Shown piece by piece: positions 56,546 to 64,000 of a DNA stretch of 64,000 bases (the stretch's first letter is position 1; each line of letters starts with the position of its first letter). A model generated the notes under the pieces. That model had not been told where the DNA came from, made no database searches, and was given only the letters and a program-made list of their open reading frames with translations. The translations under genes and the position numbers were made by a program. Source of the stretch: a virus (taxonomy: Duplodnaviria > Caudoviricetes); IMG/VR virus record IMGVR_UViG_3300010356_000998, positions 44,743-108,742 of that record. One strand, written 5' to 3'.

Positions 56546-57197
56546 TTTAAGAGCATTGATTAAAGAATCCGGTAGAAGTGAAGACATCTACACGGATTCT
56601 TTTTTATATTCACTTTTAAATGGTGCAAGAACTGCAATATTAGAACAAGAAGCTAATAAATTAAGTTTTACTTCTGAATGGGACTGGTTAAGTTTTCCAG
56701 TAAAATTAATAAAAACAAAATCTCACCTTGTAGGTTGTGTAGAAGTTGGGTGCGATGTATTACGATCTGAATACAAACTACCAAGAGTATTAGCGTCAAA
56801 CATAAAAGATTTATTTAGAGTAACTACATTTGATTATTCTAAAATTACAATAGGTACTGAACAAGATTATCAAAATAGTAAATATGATGATATTAAATCT
56901 AAAGAACCTTTTGTATCTATTATCAATGGTTATTTAGTTGTTTGGAATAGACCTACTTGGAAATGGGTATTAGTTAGTGCTATTTGGGAAGATGTGTTAG
57001 ACTGGATGACAATACCGCATTGTGATGAAGATGGAGAATACACAACTAGTCCTTGTTTTGATATGTTAAACTCTGATTTTAAAATTAGTGAAAAATTAAA
57101 ATTAGCAACTTATCAAATGGTTTTAGATAAATTAGGAATGACTTTAAATAAAATTAAAGATATGACTAATGATGCTAATTCTCAAATACACGCATGA
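56511..57197 (+). CDS. putative tail ring protein
   Basis: Synteny in the tail block; N-terminal helix pattern. Confidence 0.5.
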   Translation: MKMTTINQYISDLRALIKESGRSEDIYTDSFLYSLLNGARTAILEQEANKLSFTSEWDWLSFPVKLIKTKSHLVGCVEVGCDVLRSEYKLPRVLASNIKDLFRVTTFDYSKITIGTEQDYQNSKYDDIKSKEPFVSIINGYLVVWNRPTWKWVLVSAIWEDVLDWMTIPHCDEDGEYTTSPCFDMLNSDFKISEKLKLATYQMVLDKLGMTLNKIKDMTNDANSQIHA

Positions 57198-57673
57198 AAA
57201 GAAATAAGACAATAACTGAAAAAGATATTTATTATTTTTATCCCTACAAAAAAAATCCAATCAATAGTATAGGTGTACCGCAACCTTATGTTAAGAAAAA
57301 AGATGTATCGGATCATCAATATTCTTTAACGTATGATCAATGGTTAGATATTGTAAAAGAATATTTAATACTTGTTAGAGAAGAATTATACGCTGGTAAA
57401 TCATATAGATTTCCTAAATTATTAGGTGCTGTTCAATTTAAAAAATATAAAGTTTATAGAAGAATTGATTGGGGAGAAACTATTAAAAAACAAGAAAAAG
57501 TGTACTTTAAAGACACGGATCGAATAATTGTAAAATGGGATCGTTCTACAAGCAATTCTAGTTTTAAATTTAAAAATCATTGGAAGATAAGAATGACATT
57601 TGGATTTAGACAAGAGTTAGCTAAAAAAATATTTGAAGATTCTACTTATATTTATAATATAATGGACATATAA
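57194..57673 (+). CDS. HU/IHF-like protein
   Basis: GKSYRFPKLLGAVQFKK...IDWGET pattern. Confidence 0.5.
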   Translation: MKRNKTITEKDIYYFYPYKKNPINSIGVPQPYVKKKDVSDHQYSLTYDQWLDIVKEYLILVREELYAGKSYRFPKLLGAVQFKKYKVYRRIDWGETIKKQEKVYFKDTDRIIVKWDRSTSNSSFKFKNHWKIRMTFGFRQELAKKIFEDSTYIYNIMDI

Positions 57674-58480
57674 ATGAACTATGTTTCTATAAAATCAGCT
57701 TTAAGATTTATACCAAGACCTTTGTTTAATCAATCTTCTGAACATGATTTTTTATCATGGATGTTAGATGGTTATAGACAATTAGATTTACCTGTTACTG
57801 TAGAAAATCATGTTAAGATATTTGAAATTGTTGATGGGAAATTAGAACTTCCTCAAGAATTAAAAGAAATAAATTCTATAAAGTATTTAGATAAAGAGCC
57901 TACACAAGATGATATTTATTCTTTACAGGCTTGTATATGTGAACCAGAATCTAATGCTAATACTGAAGATACAAATAACCCTTGTCAATATACTTTAGCA
58001 TATAGACAATTTTTAAATTCTCCTTATTATAAGAATAATTATTTACCTCTTCTATATAAAGGTAATGGAGATCTTTTATGTACAGATTGTGTAAATAAAA
58101 CCGTAAGATGTAATAATTATTTTACTATCAATAAAGATCGTATTTTACATACAAATATTCAAAAAGGATATTTATGTATAGATTATAGTAGAGAAATGAA
58201 ATCTGATAAAGGAGATTTTTTAATAGTAGATTTAACTGAAATAAAACAGTTTTTAGCTTACTATGCTATAGCTAAACACTGGGAAGAAAGAGCTATGATA
58301 AAAGAACAATCTGCAATGAATATGTATCAAGACGCTTTAACTAAAGCTGAAATATACTTGAAAAAATGTAGAGGTATATTAATAATGAGAGGTATAAGTC
58401 CTCATGATATTTCTGCTGCTCAATACGATGGTTATCAACATTATTTAAAACTACCTGAGAAATATGTCTATTCTAGATAA
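57674..58480 (+). CDS. putative tail ring protein
   Basis: Directly upstream of the muzzle-like gene; MNYVSI..., LELP. Confidence 0.5.
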   Translation: MNYVSIKSALRFIPRPLFNQSSEHDFLSWMLDGYRQLDLPVTVENHVKIFEIVDGKLELPQELKEINSIKYLDKEPTQDDIYSLQACICEPESNANTEDTNNPCQYTLAYRQFLNSPYYKNNYLPLLYKGNGDLLCTDCVNKTVRCNNYFTINKDRILHTNIQKGYLCIDYSREMKSDKGDFLIVDLTEIKQFLAYYAIAKHWEERAMIKEQSAMNMYQDALTKAEIYLKKCRGILIMRGISPHDISAAQYDGYQHYLKLPEKYVYSR

Positions 58481-61400
58481 AAATTCATTAACCCAATTAC
58501 AGAACGGGTTAAATAAAGATATGAATATGCAAAAGCAAGGTGATGTTACATTTGCTTTAAATGCTATTAGAGACGCTCATGATGGAGGTAAGTACGATTA
58601 TCAATCAGAACCAGGAAATGAATTAGTAGAATCAATACCTAGTGGTTTTACTTTTATGGGAGCTATTAATGGTAATAATAATAATGTATATATATTTGCT
58701 ACAAATCAAGATCTTAACTTAGGTACTATTGGAATATTTAAAGAAGGTAAATATAATGAAGTTGTAAGAACTTCTTTTACTTGGGATGTAAACTATCCTA
58801 TTACTGGAGAGTTTAGAGTTAGGAACGGTTGTGAAAATATTATATATTGGTGTAATGGTGATACTTGGGATGGGTATTTTAATTTTGATAGACCAGAGTT
58901 ATTTAAAGATGAATTTGGTAACTGGGTATTGAATAAATTTAAATTAGTTCCTGATGTATCACCTCCTAAAATAGATTTAAAATCTGTAAATGATTCCGGT
59001 GGTTCTTTACCTTTAGGATCTTATTACTTCCAAATTGAGATTTTAGATACTACTTTAAACTCATTATATAAAACAGATTTATCACCTCAAACAATTATAT
59101 ATGATGATTCTTTTGGGGAATCTTATAATAAAATTGACGGTGGTTTAAACATTGCACAATTTACTGAAGAAATAGGTGGAGTACCTATTACATCAAAATC
59201 TATTACATTAACTATTTCAAATTTAGATACACAATTTGCTTATTTAAGATTAAATGTAGCAAGAGAAATAGCATCTAATCAAACCATTGATGCACACGCT
59301 GTAGCTGAATTAATACCTATCAGTAACGAAACAGTTGAGTTTACATATACCGGATATGATCCATCTAAGGGAGATTATCCTTTAGACTATTCTCAAATGT
59401 TAGTTGATAATATAAAATACGATACTGCTTATGTAATGGAACAAGTACAAGGCAGATTACTTAGAGCTAATTTAAAAAGTGATGATAGAGATTATTCTAA
59501 TTATCAAAAATATGCTTCTAAGATAATTACAAAATGGGTCGCTAAAGAAGTAGAAGTTAATAATGTAAATAGTGTAGGTGATCCTAAAAATCCTAAAACA
59601 TATTGGTCTTGTACTTCATTTCAAGGTGATGAAATTTATGCTGTTGGTATTAGATATCTTCATAGTAATGGGTTATGGTCTCCAGTATTTCATATACCAG
59701 GTAGATCGTCTGTTGCAAATGATACTAAATTACTTACTGTAGTAGCTGATTCTACTAACCCAATTAATTCAAATCAAGTTTGGGAATCTGATGTAAAACA
59801 TTTAGATTTACAAATTGGAGATACAATTGAACATTGGAAGGTATTTAATACAGCGTCTATAACTGATTCTCAAACTACAGTACACCCATATACGTATGAA
59901 GGTTTAATGGGATATTACGAAACAGATAATAATTATCCTGAAATTAGAAGTTGTGATAATGAATTAATTTGGGGTAAGGATTTTAATGATATTGATATTA
60001 CAGAAACTACAAAAATAAGACATCATAGATTTCCAGATAGACGACTTGTTTCACATTTTTCAAGTCATAAAAATATAGGTGAAGATAAGCTTATAGAGGT
60101 AGCTAGACCATTTGGTATTAAATTTGATAATTTAGAATATCCTTCTTCTGATGTAGTAGGTCATCAATTTTGCTATGTAAAAAGAAGTGAAACAAACAAA
60201 ACGGTTTTAGATAGTGGATGGTTTACAAAAGAATACGATAATCGTAAAATAACATCTGTTGATGCGGAGGGAGTTTCTCTTTCTTATATAGAAAATTCTG
60301 TTAGTGCAAATAATGGAACAGATTGGATGAAGTTTGGAACTTATGGTAGATTTACCAGTAGTAATATTCTTTATGATAATAAATTATTTAGACCTGATTA
60401 TTTAAAGTTTAATAGAGCTTTTGAATTTACAAATACCATTACAAAAAATATATTTTTAGATGATGTAGCTGGTATAAATATTTTTGGCATTTACTATAAT
60501 CATTTAGAATATAAAACAAGTGTTATACAATCTAGACAAAATTATAAGGTAGAAAATCAATTATTAAATCCTGCCAAAAGCGTAACGTTAACTGGTTTCC
60601 CTGTAAAAGTAGGATCTGTAGAAAGTGTTTCTCCAGATAGTGTAATAGAAGTAAAATCAGTTTTACAGAATTTATCAGATTTTTTAGGAATTGCTACTAA
60701 TACAAAAATTCAAAATTCATACATATATAAAAAAATTGAAATAAAACCATATGGAGATTTATTTAATTTAAATTATAGTTACATTAATTATAATTATGTT
60801 AATTTATCAGATGTCAATGAGTTTTATAATGGTGATATTTTAATTACTTTATCAAATTGCACAAGAGTTTTAGATTGGATGAGTCAAGATGGTTCTTTAA
60901 GAGTATTGGCTCACACAAGATATGAAGAACAATCTATAAACAGTGCGTTAAGACATGGTGGTAGTATTAATAACCAATATTATAAAGTAGATGCAAATCC
61001 TGATTGGGCTTTAGGTAAGTTTTTTGAAAGATCGGCTGATGGAAAATATACATTATTAGCAGATAATAAATATGAATATTATGCCTATAATAAAGATTAT
61101 AATAAAAATTCAATTGAACAATTTAAAACTGTAATCCCAATAACCTATAATTATTGTTCAGATTGTTTAGGAGAATTTACAAATAAAATTATATTTAGTC
61201 CAAAATCATTTGATGAAGAATCTTTTGATTTATATAGAGTTAATTTAGTAAATGATTCTATAACAATACCTGCACATAGAGGATCTATAACAGGTTTAAA
61301 GTATCAAAATAATTTATTGCTAGTTCATACTGAAAATAGTTTGTTTATATTACAACCTAATCCTCAATCGTTGAATACAGATGTAAGTCAAGTATATTTA

Positions 61401-62615
61401 ACCACAGGCGGGTTTCTTAGTTTACCACCATCTGAAATAATACAAGATGATATTGGATATGCTGGCATGCAGTCAAAACAACACTGTTGCGAAACACCTA
61501 ATGGACACGCTTGGTGTGATCAGAAAAGAGGTCAAGTATTTTTGTTTAATGTTAAGTTAGAAGAATTATCTCACGAAAATAGTGGGATGTCTCAATGGTT
61601 TAAACAAGAACTTCCTTCAGCTATGTTACAGTCGTATTATGATGTAATGGAAAGTGATTATCCGAATACAAGTACTTATGATTTTGTCAATAATGGTGTT
61701 GGTTTAATAATGTATTATGATCCTAGATTTAAAAGGTTAATCATATCTAAAAAAGATTATAAACCTGTTAATTTTTCAGCTAACGATAATGATATTTTAG
61801 GTAATGTATATCATGTACCTAATGAAAATAAATGGTATTATATTGCTACAGAATCTTTAAACATACCTGTTTACTTTTATGATACTATAGCTTTTGAAAA
61901 CAAGTCATGGACAATATCTTATTCTTTTAATACTGGTAATTTTACATCTTGGCATTCCTATAGACCAATGGCTGCTTTTTCTGACAGTTATAATTATTAT
62001 ACTTTATCAGTATCTGATTTCAGCTTAAATAGAATATGGAGACATAAACATATAGGTAATTATCAAAAGTATTATAATGTAAAATATGATTTTGTAATTG
62101 AATGGATGACTTATGATTCATCAACAGATGTTTTTTCATCTATATATTACAATGCTTATACAATGCAGTGGGATGAGCTGAATAAACAGTGGTTAGTTCC
62201 CACCAATGATAATGATGTTACTTTTAATAGAGGTATAGTTTATAACCATGAACAAAGTTCTGGTTTATTCAACTTAACCTTAGTAAATCAACAATTGAAT
62301 CCATACTCTTCATTAAATACTTCTAACTTAAATAAAACAGTTATTAAAACAGATAATACTTACAAAATATCTGGTATATATGATTTATTAGTAACTCGAC
62401 CAGCTTTTACATCTGCTTGGGCAAACGTTAGCGGATATCCTGGATACATAGATCAAGTTCCTAGAGCTGCTGGTTATAACTTTAATTTAAGCGCTTATGA
62501 AGTAGGTAATATAAAAGATAAACATGTATATTGTAGATTATTTTATAAACCTGCTCAGGATTATAAAAAGGTAGTACATTTAATTCAAACAAATGAAATG
62601 CGTTCAATACGATGA
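58464..62615 (+). CDS. tail muzzle / stabilisation protein
   Basis: 1383 aa; GLNKD..ALNA N-terminus, IRHHRFPD, SWTISYS..SWHSY motifs of crAss-like tail stabilisation proteins. Confidence 0.7.
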   Translation: MSILDKNSLTQLQNGLNKDMNMQKQGDVTFALNAIRDAHDGGKYDYQSEPGNELVESIPSGFTFMGAINGNNNNVYIFATNQDLNLGTIGIFKEGKYNEVVRTSFTWDVNYPITGEFRVRNGCENIIYWCNGDTWDGYFNFDRPELFKDEFGNWVLNKFKLVPDVSPPKIDLKSVNDSGGSLPLGSYYFQIEILDTTLNSLYKTDLSPQTIIYDDSFGESYNKIDGGLNIAQFTEEIGGVPITSKSITLTISNLDTQFAYLRLNVAREIASNQTIDAHAVAELIPISNETVEFTYTGYDPSKGDYPLDYSQMLVDNIKYDTAYVMEQVQGRLLRANLKSDDRDYSNYQKYASKIITKWVAKEVEVNNVNSVGDPKNPKTYWSCTSFQGDEIYAVGIRYLHSNGLWSPVFHIPGRSSVANDTKLLTVVADSTNPINSNQVWESDVKHLDLQIGDTIEHWKVFNTASITDSQTTVHPYTYEGLMGYYETDNNYPEIRSCDNELIWGKDFNDIDITETTKIRHHRFPDRRLVSHFSSHKNIGEDKLIEVARPFGIKFDNLEYPSSDVVGHQFCYVKRSETNKTVLDSGWFTKEYDNRKITSVDAEGVSLSYIENSVSANNGTDWMKFGTYGRFTSSNILYDNKLFRPDYLKFNRAFEFTNTITKNIFLDDVAGINIFGIYYNHLEYKTSVIQSRQNYKVENQLLNPAKSVTLTGFPVKVGSVESVSPDSVIEVKSVLQNLSDFLGIATNTKIQNSYIYKKIEIKPYGDLFNLNYSYINYNYVNLSDVNEFYNGDILITLSNCTRVLDWMSQDGSLRVLAHTRYEEQSINSALRHGGSINNQYYKVDANPDWALGKFFERSADGKYTLLADNKYEYYAYNKDYNKNSIEQFKTVIPITYNYCSDCLGEFTNKIIFSPKSFDEESFDLYRVNLVNDSITIPAHRGSITGLKYQNNLLLVHTENSLFILQPNPQSLNTDVSQVYLTTGGFLSLPPSEIIQDDIGYAGMQSKQHCCETPNGHAWCDQKRGQVFLFNVKLEELSHENSGMSQWFKQELPSAMLQSYYDVMESDYPNTSTYDFVNNGVGLIMYYDPRFKRLIISKKDYKPVNFSANDNDILGNVYHVPNENKWYYIATESLNIPVYFYDTIAFENKSWTISYSFNTGNFTSWHSYRPMAAFSDSYNYYTLSVSDFSLNRIWRHKHIGNYQKYYNVKYDFVIEWMTYDSSTDVFSSIYYNAYTMQWDELNKQWLVPTNDNDVTFNRGIVYNHEQSSGLFNLTLVNQQLNPYSSLNTSNLNKTVIKTDNTYKISGIYDLLVTRPAFTSAWANVSGYPGYIDQVPRAAGYNFNLSAYEVGNIKDKHVYCRLFYKPAQDYKKVVHLIQTNEMRSIR

Positions 62616-64000
62616 AAAATAAAAATTATAATTTAGGTGGACCTTTAGACCCACCCGTTAAAACTTTAAACAGACCTTATAAAAAAAGAGAACCTTATTA
62701 TATAAATGTAAATAAACCGTTAATGGAATACCATCCTCCAAAATTTATTGATCCGATGAATGTATATGAGGGATTTAACGAAAGTGTTAATAAACAAGCA
62801 ATAGCTAACTTAACACCTTTACCAACAGATACAAGTGTTAAATCTAGATCCACAAATAGATTTAGAGAAAGAGCTTTAGGTGGTTTAACTACAAATGAAT
62901 CTAATTTAATTGAAGCACTTATTAAAAATTTAGATAAACCTACAGCTAGCTTTAGTAATCAACTTAGTATGGGGGGTAAACCACCAAAATATTATTTAGA
63001 TTATAATAAATCTACTGACCCTAATATTTTAAAGAAAGCACAATTAGAATTACAAAAAGCTGGGTTATATAAAGGAAATATAGATGGTAAATATGGACCA
63101 ATGACTGAACAAGCTATTTCAGAATATAACTTACAATCTAATGGAGAATCTATATCTCAAAGTATGGAACTTCTTGGTAATAATTGGAATAGAGTTCGTA
63201 AAGTTGTATCAGATAAACAAAATAAAAATATTCAAAAATTAGACGGTATAACATTTGATTCTAATACAAGTAGACCGTCAGCCGACGGAACTCACATGAT
63301 TGTTAAAGATGAAAGAACTGGAAAAGATTACGGTGTACGTAGAAGAAAATCAGATGGTTCTTATAGTTGGTATGGTAAACAAGACCCTAATGTTATAGAT
63401 GATGCAAATCGTCATTTTATGGAAAATAATTCAAAAAGTCAGGATAATAAAATGTTAATTGCTCATAGCATGGGTGGGCAAATATTATCTTCGTTAGCTG
63501 GATTAGTGCCTGGAGTTGGTGGTGTGTTATCTACTGCGGTTAATGTAATAGATCAACAAATTGATAAAAGTAATCCTGCTACACCAGAAGTACCCAAAAC
63601 ACAGTTGAATACAAACATATACGGTCAAATGGCTCATGGTGGAATGATTACTAAAAACTTTAAACAGTATAATACTGGTAGTCATGCTTCAGGAAATGAT
63701 TTAGCTGTAAACGCTAAAGGTAATCCAGCTCAAGGGAATAATGTAGTAACTGTTCAAAATAAAGAAAATGCTTACACAAATACAAAAGGAGAATCCTATG
63801 TATTTTCAGATGTTTTAGTAAATCCATTAACAGGTAATCATTTTAATAAAGACGCTGCTAAAATTAATAAAAAATATTCTAAAGCTGATTCTTATAAAGA
63901 AGAACAAAATGCTTTAGAATTTTCTATGAATAGATTATCTATGTTAAATGAGATTGTAAAACCTAAAGAACAATCTACACAATTATTTAATGGTGGTCCT
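62612..64000 (+). CDS. putative virion cargo protein with peptidoglycan-binding domain (runs off window edge, not in ORF track)
   Basis: Frame from ATG 62612 reaches the window end; QLELQKAGLYKGNIDGKYGPMTEQAI PG-binding motif; repeated xxGG motifs. Confidence 0.7.
   Translation, partial: MKNKNYNLGGPLDPPVKTLNRPYKKREPYYINVNKPLMEYHPPKFIDPMNVYEGFNESVNKQAIANLTPLPTDTSVKSRSTNRFRERALGGLTTNESNLIEALIKNLDKPTASFSNQLSMGGKPPKYYLDYNKSTDPNILKKAQLELQKAGLYKGNIDGKYGPMTEQAISEYNLQSNGESISQSMELLGNNWNRVRKVVSDKQNKNIQKLDGITFDSNTSRPSADGTHMIVKDERTGKDYGVRRRKSDGSYSWYGKQDPNVIDDANRHFMENNSKSQDNKMLIAHSMGGQILSSLAGLVPGVGGVLSTAVNVIDQQIDKSNPATPEVPKTQLNTNIYGQMAHGGMITKNFKQYNTGSHASGNDLAVNAKGNPAQGNNVVTVQNKENAYTNTKGESYVFSDVLVNPLTGNHFNKDAAKINKKYSKADSYKEEQNALEFSMNRLSMLNEIVKPKEQSTQLFNGGP

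Noticed and set aside
1-64000. Stop-codon reassignment as in some crAss-like phages
   Set aside because: Genes are long and densely packed in code 11; the breaks in nrdJ are explained by introns; no suppressor tRNA (CUA or UCA anticodon) was found

Overview
AT-rich genome segment of a large Bacteroidota-infecting, Crassvirales-like (crAss-like) phage, read in the standard genetic code. The left arm (1-26 kb, minus strand) carries replication and nucleotide genes: a DnaB-like helicase, an SF2 helicase, a family B DNA polymerase, an SSB-like protein, and a class II ribonucleotide reductase split by two group I introns whose splice junctions can be placed to the nucleotide. It also carries a cluster of about 8 tRNA genes around a TROVE/vWA (Ro60/Rsr-like) gene, and an early region rich in structured non-coding blocks. 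Transcription diverges at about 26.1 kb. The right arm (plus strand) is the late block: GroES-like and GroEL-like chaperonins, M15 endolysin, terminase, portal, major capsid, ring/tail proteins, fibres, holin, muzzle-like protein and the start of a cargo protein. Two observations stand out. (1) Next to the Ro60-like gene, one RNA module (TRGTTA-helix-TACTTC ... CAA-helix-ATTTWCY) occurs in three architectures: free-standing, capping a tRNA-like body, and circularly permuted into the D-loop of an otherwise canonical 73-nt tRNA. This suggests a phage Ro/Y-RNA/tRNA system. (2) One group I intron has a ribozyme core fully overprinted by an ORF, and its P9 loop carries a non-endonuclease gene. All protein calls come from motif recognition only; no database searches were run.
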